A DNA stretch of 60,000 nucleotides. Origin: Squalus acanthias. Lineage: Eukaryota. Below, one piece after another: positions 1 to 9,979 of this stretch. Position 1 is the first letter of the stretch. Every line of letters begins with the position of its first letter. The DNA is taken from assembly GCA_030390025.1 (NCBI GenBank), contig CM059433.1:8992001-9052000 (forward strand). Direction: 5' to 3'. Below the pieces are notes generated by a model. It had not been told where the DNA came from and did no database searches. It saw only the letters and a program-made list of their open reading frames with translations. The position numbers and the translations under genes were made by a program.

Positions 1-627
1 TAGGTGGGGGGAGGAAAGAAGAAAAGAAGAGGGCCGGAACATCTAAGGGGTGTGTGTGTGTGTGGCTTCTGTGAAAGCTAGGCCGCACACACCATATTAA
101 ACACCCCTTTCCCATTGCCTGACCTGGGACAGCTGGAGCTGCCTAGGTGAAGTTCCCCAATTAATTATATCCAATTGGGCATCGTTAAGACCTGGTGCAG
201 GACTGAGCCTGGGCATCTCCAGCTGTCCCAGGTGAAGACATCTTCTCCCCCCACCAGAAGACCACCACCAAAGACTTTTTACATCGGAGAGTGCACCCCC
301 CTGCCAACACCCACCCACCCACCATCCTGAGTGGCGACCCTGCCCTTGCGGCTTCCCTCCTTCCCACCCCCCTCTCTCTCTCTCTTTGTCTCTTGTCTCT
401 CTCTGCCTCTCTCTCTCTAAGAGGCACCTCATCTATTTTTAATTAAGTACCCATTGAGCAGAGGGGAGAAGGCCCCTCTCCCAATTCAATCAACTAAAGG
501 GAGAGGTGTGCCTTCAATTTAAGAGCTCCCTCTGCTCAGGGGAAAACTAAAACAAAAAAAACCAAGGCCATTAACACCTTCAGGCCTGTGACTTGGGGTG
601 AGTGTAGCCCTTAAAGAACCCTCCATT

Positions 628-2784
628 ATGGCGACCACATCTTCGCCGGTGGCGGGGGCAGCGAGGACGTACGCAAGCGTGGCAGCCGCGGCCACGGCCG
701 CAGCCACGAGTCCTCCTGTTACCCCGTCACCTTTTACCCTCCTTACGAGGAAGAATGGGGTCAAGAGCTACACTCACCCCAACATGACTATAGAGGCGTG
801 TGTAAAAGCCATGGCTGGGGTTGTCGGCCCTTCAGCCATCGTCGCCGCCTCTAAAATGTACGGCAAGGCTGTGTTCTTCCTGGGGTCGGAGCGGGCGGTG
901 TCCCTGGCCATCGAGAAGGGGCTCACCGTGGGCGGGACCTTCCTGCCGGTGGACCCCCTTGAGGCCACCGCGCAAAGGATTGTGGTTTCCAACGTCCCGC
1001 CCTTTGTTCCGGGTGAGCTCCTCCTCCCCCACCTACGTCAACTGGGGGAGGTGAGGTCGGGGATCACACCCATCCCGCTCGGCTTCCGGGAAGCCAGCCT
1101 TCGGCACGACTTCTCCTTCCGGCGCCAGCTTTTCGTCCGGCTGGCGCGGGAGGAGGACGCGGACGGCGCGTTCACTGTGCTCCACGGGGGGACCGCCCAC
1201 CGCGTCTTCTGGACCTCGGACGGCGCGCGGTGCTACGCCTGTAAGGAGGTGGGGCACGTCCGCAAAAACTGCCCCGCCTCCAAGGCCGCCACGACACCTG
1301 GCGCGGCCGGGGTTGGCGCCGCCGCCCCCCCTCCCCCTGATACTGTCCGCGCGTCGACGGCGACGGATGCGCGGTCGAAATCGGAGGCCAACACCACCAC
1401 GGCCTCCGGCGGGGAGGAGGGAGAGCGTCCGGGGGGAAGGAAGGCGCGTAGGAAAACTAAACACCTAAGGGCGGATCCCCTCGCGGAGGAAACATCGGAA
1501 TTGACAGAACTCACGCCCGAGTATATCGCGGAGTTGGTCGGGACGCATGAGACTGGGGGGGTCCTCGTGCCCGGGCCCGTGACCGTGACCGCAACCGCCG
1601 AGGCGGCTAAATCAAGACCTGCGGCCGGGCTCGGGCCCGAGGGGCCCAAGAAACCCAGTCGTCGGAAGGGGGCAGAGAGGGAGGCCCCAGCAGACATGGA
1701 GGCCTCCCCCTCTCCGGGCCCCAACTTGTTAAAAAGAAAGCTCCGCCCCCAGCAGGAGGACTGCGAGGAGGAAGGTCCCTCCGCAAAAGGGGGGCAGTCG
1801 CCCGCCGCGGGTGCTGCGCCCCACCCCACCACCGTCATCGTCGCGCGCGATCGGCAGGGGTCGTCTGTCCCTCGGGAGGGTGAGACAGACGAGTCTGTCC
1901 GACCTGTGCCTCCCGGGGATGGGGAAGAGACCCTGCCCGTGGGGGGGGGCGCGGAACAACCCGCGGAGGGAAATGTAGTACCGGAACCGTTGCTCCTCGC
2001 CGGGTCGGGCGTCCTGGGGACTGGGGCGGGCGAGGCCAAAGAGGCTGAAGCCGAGCCCGCCTTTTATAACCCAGATATCTCCCAGGGACTGCTCGACCTG
2101 GTGGAGGAGTGTAGCAATCCCCAGCCTGCTGGGTCGGAGGTTGGTGGCGGGGAGACGGAAAGCCCCCTGACTCCGTCTCTGTTGTTGGCGCCGGACGTGC
2201 TGGAGGAATTTGGGATTATTTTCTCCCCGGTTTCTCCGGTCGCCCCGGCGCCTGAGGCGGGGGGGGGCCCCGAACTGCCGCCGCCGCCTCCCGGCCCGGC
2301 GCCCCTGAAGGAGCCCAGGGTGGACTCCTCTGCCACCGATCCTGGGGGTGGGATCGTGACGGAGGCGGGGCCGGCCGGTGCGGCCGAGCCGTTCGCTGCA
2401 CCCTGTGTGACGGACGGGTTGGCCGCCGGTGACGACCTCCCGGAGGAGGACGGGGACTCGGTGGGGGGCTTCGAGGACGATTTGGAGTCCATCGGCAGCG
2501 AGGTGATGGACGCCCTCGTGCCCTTCACCGACTCTCCCCTCATCCCCGTAGGGGAACTCCGGGATTTTATGGCCGTGAGCCAGGGTCGTCACAAGAAGAT
2601 CCGGCTGGCCCTCGACAAGTGGTCGGAGCTGGCGCTGCTCGTCGTGTCCGTCCGCGCCGCCGTTAAAATCATGGGCGCGGACAAGGACGTTGGCCGGCTC
2701 GAGCTGCGTCGGCTCAAGACGTTCCACACTGGGCTGCTGAGGGAGTGGCGGTCGTCAGTGACCGCCCTCCCTCCCCTCCGTTAG
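628..2784 (+). CDS. Tx1 ORF1p (nucleic-acid-binding protein with zinc knuckle)
   Basis: First ATG at 628 (the ORF track starts at an upstream GTG). N-terminal TYASV and GKAVFFL-type Tx1 ORF1 region, CCHC knuckle CYACKEVGHVRKNC, long P/A/E-rich low-complexity C-terminal half. Confidence 0.88.
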   Translation: MATTSSPVAGAARTYASVAAAATAAATSPPVTPSPFTLLTRKNGVKSYTHPNMTIEACVKAMAGVVGPSAIVAASKMYGKAVFFLGSERAVSLAIEKGLTVGGTFLPVDPLEATAQRIVVSNVPPFVPGELLLPHLRQLGEVRSGITPIPLGFREASLRHDFSFRRQLFVRLAREEDADGAFTVLHGGTAHRVFWTSDGARCYACKEVGHVRKNCPASKAATTPGAAGVGAAAPPPPDTVRASTATDARSKSEANTTTASGGEEGERPGGRKARRKTKHLRADPLAEETSELTELTPEYIAELVGTHETGGVLVPGPVTVTATAEAAKSRPAAGLGPEGPKKPSRRKGAEREAPADMEASPSPGPNLLKRKLRPQQEDCEEEGPSAKGGQSPAAGAAPHPTTVIVARDRQGSSVPREGETDESVRPVPPGDGEETLPVGGGAEQPAEGNVVPEPLLLAGSGVLGTGAGEAKEAEAEPAFYNPDISQGLLDLVEECSNPQPAGSEVGGGETESPLTPSLLLAPDVLEEFGIIFSPVSPVAPAPEAGGGPELPPPPPGPAPLKEPRVDSSATDPGGGIVTEAGPAGAAEPFAAPCVTDGLAAGDDLPEEDGDSVGGFEDDLESIGSEVMDALVPFTDSPLIPVGELRDFMAVSQGRHKKIRLALDKWSELALLVVSVRAAVKIMGADKDVGRLELRRLKTFHTGLLREWRSSVTALPPLR

Positions 2785-2809
2785 GTAGAGGTTGCACTAT
2801 GCTTCTGAG

Positions 2810-5800
2810 ATGAAGATAACCATAGCCAGCCTCAACATCAACGGCAGCAGGGAGGCGCGCCGTAGATTCAATAACTTCTCGGTCCTTCGGGACGGGAAAT
2901 ATGCGGTGTGCTTCCTGCAAGAAACCCACACCGTTCCGGGAGACGAGGCCACGTGGCTCCTGGAGTGGCAAGGAGGGGTCAGCATGAGTCACCTCTCCAA
3001 CAATTCCTGCGGGGTGGCTGTCTTGCTGGCCCCGCATTTTCAGCCGGAGATCTTGAGGGTCAAGGAGCACGTGCCGGGCCGCTTGCTCCAGGTCACTGTT
3101 CGCCTGGGAGGCGTGCCGCTCCATTTAGTGAACGTGTACGCCCCCCGGACCGGTGCGCAGCAAGTGCGCTTCTTCGGAGAAGTGTCCGCTCTTCTGGGCT
3201 CCATCGACGTGGGCGAGTGCGTCATCCTCGGGGGGGATTTCAATTGTACCCTCGAGGCGCGGGACCGGTCGGGTCCCCCGCGAAGCCCGGCGGCGATGGA
3301 GAAGTTGCGGGACCTGGTCGGGTCCTTCGACTTGGTGGACGTCTGGCGAAATCTCCATCCCGACTCCAGCGCCTTCACGAGCGTGAGGTCTGGAGGAGGA
3401 AGGTCCAGAATCGACCGCCTTTACATTTCCCGGGCGTACGTCTCCTGCGTTCCGGCGGCTTCCATGCGGCCGGTGCCGTGCACGGACCACCACCTGGTGT
3501 GGGCGGAGCTCGCTCCGCTGCGCGCGCGGGGGGGGTCCGCGTACTGGCATTTTAACAACCTGCTGCTGGAGGACGCGCGGTTCCGGGATTCGTTTCGCCG
3601 GTTCTGGGCCGACTGGAGAAGGAAGCGGGGAGGCTTCCCCTCCTTGAGGCTATGGTGGGACGTGGGCAAGGCTCACGTCCGCGTCTTCTGTCAGGAGTAC
3701 GCGAAGGGGTCGACCAAGAGGCGGGAGGCCCGGGTCGGGCGATTGGAGAAAGAAGTGCTCGACCTGGAGTCCCGTCTCGGTCAGGTCGTCGAGGACCCGG
3801 CCCTGCGGAAGGTGTACGAAGAGAAGAAGGGCGCGCTGAAGGACCTGCAGCTGGTCGGGTCCCGAGGCGCGTACGTGAGGTCGCGGATCCAGCTCCTGCG
3901 GGACCTGGACCGCGGCTCCCCCTTCTTCTACTCGCTGGAAAAAAGACGGGGGGTCCGTAAGCAGCTCTTGGGGCTGCTGGCCGACGACGGATCTCTGGTC
4001 TCGGATCCGGAGGGCATCAGCGCGGAGGCCCGGGCCTATTACGGGGCTCTGTTCTCTTCGGATCCGTCCAGCGAGGATGCGCGCAGAGTTTTGTGGGAGG
4101 ACCTGCCGAAGGTCGGCCCGGAGGGCGCCGAGAATTTAGAAGCTCCGCTAAGCCTGGCGGAGCTGACCGGCGCCCTGCGCCAGCTCTCGAGGGGCAAGTC
4201 CCCGGGGCTGGACGGGCTGACCGTGGAGTTCCACAGGGCGTTCTGGGACGTCTTGGGGGACGACTACGCGCGGGTCCTGGGGGAAAGTCTGGCGACCGGG
4301 GAGATGCCCCTCTCTTGGCGCAGGGCGGTCATCGTCCTGCTGCCCAAGAAGGGCGATCTCCGCCTACTTAAGAACTGGCGCCCGGTCTCCCTCCTCAGCA
4401 CGGACTACAAAATTTTCGCCAGGGCTATGTCTGCTCGCCTTGGCACCGTGCTGGCCCGCATGATCCACCCCGACCAGTCCTACACGGTCCCGGGCCGGAG
4501 TATCCACGATAACATCCATCTGGTCCGGGACCTGGTCCACCATTCCCAGAGGGCTGGTCTGTCGGTCGCCTTCCTTTCCCTGGATCAGGAGAAGGCGTTC
4601 GACAGGGTGGATCACGAGTATCTTTTCGGGACTCTGCGCGCATTCGGGTTCGGGACGCATTTCGTCGCCCGGATCCGACTTCTGTACGCCGCCGCGGAGT
4701 GTCTGATTAAAGTTAACGGGTCTTTGACGGCGCCCCTTCGCTTCGGGAGGGGGGTGCGTCAGGGATGCCCCATGTCCGGTCAGTTATACGCCGTTTGCGT
4801 GGAGCCTTTCCTGCGCCTCTTGCGGAAGAGGTTGACGGGACTGGCTCTGCAAGGGCCGGGCGTGGAGGTGGTCCTCTCGGCTTACGCCGATGACGTGCTC
4901 CTCGCGGTCACGGATCCCGTCGACTTGCGGAGGATGCGAGAATGCCAGCAGATTTACTCGGACGCATCCTCCGCCAAGATCAACTGGGAGAAATGTTCTG
5001 GACTCCTGGTGGGCCCATGGCGGGTGGACTCCCTGCCGGAGGAGTTCGGGCCTTTCGCCTGGAGCACCACGCACCTCCTCTACCTGGGAGTCTACCTCAG
5101 CCCGGCCGAGGACGCCTGGCCGGCGAACTGGCAAGAGCTGGAGGCCAAAGTCACCGCTCGCCTAGGACGCTGGACAGGACTGCTCCGAGTGTTGTCCTAC
5201 AGGGGTCGAGCGCTGGTCATAAACCAGCTGGTGGCCGCCATGTTGTGGTACCGGTTGGTCACTTTGATCCCTCCCCCTGCGTTTGTCGCCAAGATGCAGA
5301 AGAAGCTCGTCGACTTCTTCTGGGACAAAAGGAAGCACTGGGTCTCTGCCGCGGTTTTGAGTCTCCCGCTTAGGGAGGGCGGTCAGGCGCTGGTGTGCCT
5401 TCGCACCCAGGCGGCGACTTTCCGTCTTCAGACGCTGCAGAGATACCTGTACGTGGAGAATCCTCCTAGGTGGCGTGCGCTGGCGACGTATTTCTTCCGC
5501 CAGCTGCACGGCCTCAATTACGACACGCAGCTCCTGTTTGTGAGAGTGGGTGGCACGCGTGCCAGCCTGCGGGAGCTGCCTGTCTTCTACCAGGAACTGC
5601 TATGGGTTTGGAACAGCGTCGCCTCCGAGCGCAGTTCTCCCCCGTCAGGAGCGGCGGCCGTCCTTCGGGAGCCGCTGTTCAGGAATCCGCACCTCCACGA
5701 CCGCGGGTTCGGCTGGCTGGCGGAGGGCAGGGCTGTGCCCGGTAAGGTGACCAGAGTCGGGGACCTGCTCGATGGCGGAGGAGCGGGCTGGATGGCGCCG

Positions 5801-6709
5801 GAGGAGTTGGCGAGGCGCATGTCTTGGGTCAACGTCCGGCTCGCGGTCAAAGCCATCGAGTCGCTAAAAGTGGCACTGGGCCCCGTCTCCACTAGGTGTG
5901 TCGAGGAGGCTCAAGCACGTGGGGCGATCCCGTCCGAACTGACCCCCGTTCGGACGGAATTCCTTATCGGCGCCCGGCCCCGAATCCTCCCTCGGGAGCC
6001 GCCGCCTCACCACTTGAGCCTTCTCGGAGAAATGCCCTCCGTGCCCTTTCAATCCGCACGGAGGCGTTTCCTGTACGGGCTGCTCCTGCACACTCTCCAC
6101 TTTGCCATCTTCGTCTGCCGTCCGGACACGCCTTGGCGTACCATCCTGCCGTCCGGCGGAGGCGAAGGTCCCCATTGGAAGGCTCTCTACGCGGGAGTCT
6201 TCCCTTGTTCTATTGGGGACTTGGCCTGGAGGGTGTTGCACGGAGCAGTCCCGTGCAATAGGATTTTAAGTAGGTTTACGGACTCCCAGGCTGCTTGCCA
6301 TTTTTGCGGCCTGGAGGAGTCCGTTTATCACATTTATGTTGAATGTGAGAGGTTGCAGCCCCTCTTTCATTATTTGAAGGGGCTGCTCCTCAATTTCTGG
6401 TTGCACTTCAGCCCCACGCTCCTGATCTACGGTCACCCGGTGCGGAGGGGAGCGGGTAGGTCGGAGGACCTCCTCGTAGGACTGCTCCTGGGCCTGGCCA
6501 AGAAAGCCATTAATTGGTCCAGGCAGCGGGCGGTCGAGGGGGTCGTTCGGCCCGATTGCCTGCCTCTCTTCCGCGGCCATGTTCGCGCCCGGGTGGCCCT
6601 GGAGATGGAGCACGCGGTGTCCGCCGGCACGCTTGAGTTTTTCCGCGACCGGTGGGCGCCGCGGGGACTGGAGTGCATCGTCACCCCGGACTTTCAAATT
6701 TTAATTTGA
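2810..6709 (+). CDS. Tx1 ORF2p: APE endonuclease + reverse transcriptase + C-terminal zinc finger
   Basis: APE motifs NING, LQETH, GGDFN, RIDR, TDH; RT motifs SPGLDG, KNWRPVSLL, DQEKAFD, QGCPMS, YADD; C-terminal CHFC-x7-H-x4-C. No stops or frameshifts. Confidence 0.96.
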   Translation: MKITIASLNINGSREARRRFNNFSVLRDGKYAVCFLQETHTVPGDEATWLLEWQGGVSMSHLSNNSCGVAVLLAPHFQPEILRVKEHVPGRLLQVTVRLGGVPLHLVNVYAPRTGAQQVRFFGEVSALLGSIDVGECVILGGDFNCTLEARDRSGPPRSPAAMEKLRDLVGSFDLVDVWRNLHPDSSAFTSVRSGGGRSRIDRLYISRAYVSCVPAASMRPVPCTDHHLVWAELAPLRARGGSAYWHFNNLLLEDARFRDSFRRFWADWRRKRGGFPSLRLWWDVGKAHVRVFCQEYAKGSTKRREARVGRLEKEVLDLESRLGQVVEDPALRKVYEEKKGALKDLQLVGSRGAYVRSRIQLLRDLDRGSPFFYSLEKRRGVRKQLLGLLADDGSLVSDPEGISAEARAYYGALFSSDPSSEDARRVLWEDLPKVGPEGAENLEAPLSLAELTGALRQLSRGKSPGLDGLTVEFHRAFWDVLGDDYARVLGESLATGEMPLSWRRAVIVLLPKKGDLRLLKNWRPVSLLSTDYKIFARAMSARLGTVLARMIHPDQSYTVPGRSIHDNIHLVRDLVHHSQRAGLSVAFLSLDQEKAFDRVDHEYLFGTLRAFGFGTHFVARIRLLYAAAECLIKVNGSLTAPLRFGRGVRQGCPMSGQLYAVCVEPFLRLLRKRLTGLALQGPGVEVVLSAYADDVLLAVTDPVDLRRMRECQQIYSDASSAKINWEKCSGLLVGPWRVDSLPEEFGPFAWSTTHLLYLGVYLSPAEDAWPANWQELEAKVTARLGRWTGLLRVLSYRGRALVINQLVAAMLWYRLVTLIPPPAFVAKMQKKLVDFFWDKRKHWVSAAVLSLPLREGGQALVCLRTQAATFRLQTLQRYLYVENPPRWRALATYFFRQLHGLNYDTQLLFVRVGGTRASLRELPVFYQELLWVWNSVASERSSPPSGAAAVLREPLFRNPHLHDRGFGWLAEGRAVPGKVTRVGDLLDGGGAGWMAPEELARRMSWVNVRLAVKAIESLKVALGPVSTRCVEEAQARGAIPSELTPVRTEFLIGARPRILPREPPPHHLSLLGEMPSVPFQSARRRFLYGLLLHTLHFAIFVCRPDTPWRTILPSGGGEGPHWKALYAGVFPCSIGDLAWRVLHGAVPCNRILSRFTDSQAACHFCGLEESVYHIYVECERLQPLFHYLKGLLLNFWLHFSPTLLIYGHPVRRGAGRSEDLLVGLLLGLAKKAINWSRQRAVEGVVRPDCLPLFRGHVRARVALEMEHAVSAGTLEFFRDRWAPRGLECIVTPDFQILI

Positions 6710-6773
6710 TTTATTAAGTTTCATTTAAAGTTTTAATTTGATTTACAGTAAATTTGGGTTCAACCAAAAAGAG

Positions 6774-6797
6774 CAACACCAGGTTATAGTCCAACAG
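6774..6797 (+). repeat. 24-bp target sequence / candidate target-site duplication (CAACACCAGGTTATAGTCCAACAG)
   Basis: Identical to 13947-13970; reverse complement at 52694-52717. Confidence 0.75.
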
Positions 6798-6836
6798 TTT
6801 TATTTGAAATCACAAGCTTTCGGAGCTGCTGACGAA

Positions 6837-6840
<4 letters not shown>

Positions 6841-6867
<27 letters not shown>
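6841..6867 (+). repeat. (CAG)9 microsatellite at 5' end of Tx1 copy 2
   Basis: Direct reading of the sequence. Confidence 0.95.
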
Positions 6868-7797
6868 AGTGGTGGTCTCTGTGAGCAGGAAGAGGAGAAG
6901 GAGACCAGTTAGCAGACCACCACCAACAACCACTACTGAGGTGCCTGGAGAGAGAGGAGAGGACAGGAGAGGAGAAAGAAAAGAAGGCCAAGGCCATTAA
7001 CAACAGAGGAGAGGCCTTTCCACACTGCCTCCTCAATTGGCCTCCATTTTAGGAGAGGGAGAGAGGGGAGAAAACATCACAAACAAACATCATCTGTTTG
7101 GAAGGAGGAAGGAAGGAAAGAACATCATCTACAGGTGGGTGTGATTCTGGGGCACTCTCCCAGAGACTTTGTTTTGTAGGTGGGGGGAGGAAAGAAGAAA
7201 AGAAGAGGGCCGGAACATCTAAGGGGTGTGTGTGTGTGTGGCTTCTGTGAAAGCTAGGCCGCACACACCATATTAAACACCCCTTTCCCATTGCCTGACC
7301 TGGGACAGCTGGAGCTGCCTAGGTGAAGTTCCCCAATTAATTTAATCCAATTGGGCATCGTTAAGACCTGGTGCAGGACTGAGCCTGGGCATCTCCAGCT
7401 ATCCCAGGTGAAGACATCTTCTCCCCCCACCAGAAGACCATCACCAAAGACTTTTTATTACATCGGAGAGTGCACCCCCCTGCCAACACCCACCATCCTG
7501 AGTGGCGACCCTGCCCTTGCGGCTTCCCTCCTTCCCACCCCCCTCTCTCTCTCTCTTTGTCTCTTGTCTCTCTCTGCCTCTCTCTCTCTAAGAGGCACCT
7601 CAATCTATTTTTAATTAAGTACCCATTGAGCAGAGGGGAGAAGGCCCCTCTCCCAATTCAATCAACTAAAGGGAGAGGTGTGCCTTCAATTTAAGAGCTC
7701 CCTCTGCTCAGGGGAAACCAGAAATAAAAAACCGAGGCCATTAACACCTTCAGGCCTGTGACTTGGGGTGAGTGTAGCCCTTAAAGAACCCTCCATT

Positions 7798-9954
7798 ATG
7801 GCGACCACATCTTCGCCGGTGGCGGGGGCAGCGAGGACGTACGCGAGCGTGGCAGCCGCGGCCACGGCCGCAGCCACGAGTCCTCCTGTTACCCCGTCAC
7901 CTTTTACCCTCCTTACGAGGAAGAATGGGGTCACGAGCTACACTCACCCCAACATGACTATAGAGGCGTGCGTTAAAGCCATGGCTGGGGTTGTCGGCCC
8001 TTCAGCCATCGTCGCCGCCTCTAAAATGTACGGCAAGGCTGTGTTCTTCCTGGGGTCGGAGCGGGCGGTGTCCCTGGCCATCGAGAAGGGGCTCACCGTG
8101 GGCGGGACCTTCCTGCCGGTGGACCCCCTTGAGGCCACCGCGCAAAGGATTGTGGTTTCCAACGTCCCGCCCTTTGTTCCGGGTGAGCTCCTCCTCCCCC
8201 ACCTACGTCAACTGGGGGAGGTGAGGTCGGGGATCACACCCATCCCGCTCGGCTTCGGGGAAGCCAGCCTTCGGCACGTCTTCTCCTTCCGGCGCCAGCT
8301 TTTCGTCCGGCTGGCGCGGGAGGAGGACGCGGATGGCGCGTTCACGGTGCTCCACGGGGGGACCGCCCACCGCGTCTTCTGGACCTCGGACGGCGTGCGG
8401 TGCTACGCCTGTAAGGAGGTGGGGCACGTCCGCAAAAACTGCCCCGCCTCCAAGGCCGCCACGACACCTGGCGCGGCCAGGGTTGGCGCCGCCGCCCCCC
8501 CTCCCCCTGATACTGTCCGCGCGTCGACGGCGACGGATGCGCGGTCGAAATCGGAGGCCAACACCACCACGGCCTCCGGCGGGGAGGAGGGAGAGCGTCC
8601 GGGGGGAAGGAAGGCGCGTAGGAAAACTAAACACCTAAGGGCGGATCCCCTCGCGGAGGAAACATCGGAATTGACCGAACTCACGCCCGAGTATATCGCG
8701 GAGTTGGTCGGGACGCATGAGACTGGGGGGGTCCTCGTGCCCGGGCCCGTGACCGTGACCGCAACTGCTGAGGCAGCTGAATCAAGACCTGCGGCCGGGC
8801 TCGGGCCCGAGGGGCCCAAGAAACCCAGTCGTCGGAAGGGGGCAGAGAGGGAGGCCCCAGCAGACATGGAGGCCTCCCCCTCTCCGGGCCCCAATACGTT
8901 AAAAAGAAAGCTCCGCCCCCAGCAGGAGGACTGCGAGGAGGAAGGTCCCTCCGCAAAAGGGGGGCAGTCGCCCGCCGCGGGTGCTGCGCCCCACCCCACC
9001 ACCGTCATCGTCGCGCGCGATCGTCAGGGGTCGTCTGTCCCTCGGGAGGGTGAGACAGCCGAGTCTGTCCGACCTGTGCCTCCCGGGGATGGGGAAGAGA
9101 CCCTGCCCGTGGGGGGGGGCGCGGAACAACCCACGGAAGAAAATGTAGAACCTGAACCGTTGCTCCTCGCCGGGTCGGGCGTCCTGGGGACTGGGGCGGG
9201 CGAGGCCAAAGAGGCTGAAGCCGAGCCCGCCTTTTATAACCCAGACATCTCCCAGGGACTGCTCGACCTGGTGGAGGAGTGTAGCAATCCCCAGCCCGCT
9301 GGGTCGGAGGTTGGTGGCGGGGAGACGGAAAGCCCCCTGACTCCGTCTCTGTTGTTGGCGCCGGACGTGCTGGAGGAATTTGGGATTATTTTCTCCCCGG
9401 TTTCTCCGGTCGCCCCGGCGCCTGAGGCGGGGGGGGGCCCCGAACCGCCGCCGCCGCCTCCCGGCCCGGCGCCCCTGAAGGAGCCCAGGGTGGACTCCTC
9501 TGCCACCGATCCTGGGGGTGGGATCGTGACGGAGGCGGGGCCGGCCGGTGCGGCCGAGCCGTTCGCTGCACCCTGTGTGACGGACGGGTTGGCCGCCGGT
9601 GACGACCTCCCGGAGGAGGACGGGGACTCGGTGGGGGGCATCGAGGACGATTTGGAGTCCATCGGCAGCGAGGCGATGGACGCCCTCGTGCCCTTCACCG
9701 ACTCTCCCCTCATCCCCGTAGGGGAACTCCGGGATTTTATGGCCATGAGCCAGGGTCGTCACAAGAAGATCCGGCTGGCCCTCGACAAGTGGTCGGAGCT
9801 GACGCTGCTCGTCGTGTCCGTCCGCGCCGCCGTTAAAATCATGGGCGCGGACAAGGACGTTGGCCGGCTCGAGCTGCGTCGGCTCAAGACTTTCCACACT
9901 GGGCTGCTGAGGGAGTGGCGGTCGTCAGTGACCGCGCTCCCTCCCCTCCGTTAG
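7798..9954 (+). CDS. Tx1 ORF1p, copy 2
   Basis: Same length as copy 1 ORF1, with a few substitutions; CCHC knuckle intact. Confidence 0.88.
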   Translation: MATTSSPVAGAARTYASVAAAATAAATSPPVTPSPFTLLTRKNGVTSYTHPNMTIEACVKAMAGVVGPSAIVAASKMYGKAVFFLGSERAVSLAIEKGLTVGGTFLPVDPLEATAQRIVVSNVPPFVPGELLLPHLRQLGEVRSGITPIPLGFGEASLRHVFSFRRQLFVRLAREEDADGAFTVLHGGTAHRVFWTSDGVRCYACKEVGHVRKNCPASKAATTPGAARVGAAAPPPPDTVRASTATDARSKSEANTTTASGGEEGERPGGRKARRKTKHLRADPLAEETSELTELTPEYIAELVGTHETGGVLVPGPVTVTATAEAAESRPAAGLGPEGPKKPSRRKGAEREAPADMEASPSPGPNTLKRKLRPQQEDCEEEGPSAKGGQSPAAGAAPHPTTVIVARDRQGSSVPREGETAESVRPVPPGDGEETLPVGGGAEQPTEENVEPEPLLLAGSGVLGTGAGEAKEAEAEPAFYNPDISQGLLDLVEECSNPQPAGSEVGGGETESPLTPSLLLAPDVLEEFGIIFSPVSPVAPAPEAGGGPEPPPPPPGPAPLKEPRVDSSATDPGGGIVTEAGPAGAAEPFAAPCVTDGLAAGDDLPEEDGDSVGGIEDDLESIGSEAMDALVPFTDSPLIPVGELRDFMAMSQGRHKKIRLALDKWSELTLLVVSVRAAVKIMGADKDVGRLELRRLKTFHTGLLREWRSSVTALPPLR

Positions 9955-9979
9955 GTAGAGGTTGCACTATGCTTCTGAG

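Larger units (their letters stand above)
1..6773 (+). mobile_element. Tx1-clade non-LTR retrotransposon, copy 1 (5' end lies upstream of window)
   Basis: Two intact ORFs (CCHC-knuckle ORF1; APE-RT-zinc finger ORF2), GC/CpG-rich body, short T-rich 3' UTR ending ...CAACCAAAAAGAG. Position 1 corresponds to 7177 in copy 2. Confidence 0.93.

Noticed and set aside
598..627. ORF-track starts at 598/7768 (GTG) and 2792/9962 (TTG)
   Set aside because: Non-ATG starts in a eukaryote; the in-frame ATGs at 628/7798 and 2810/9980 are preferred.
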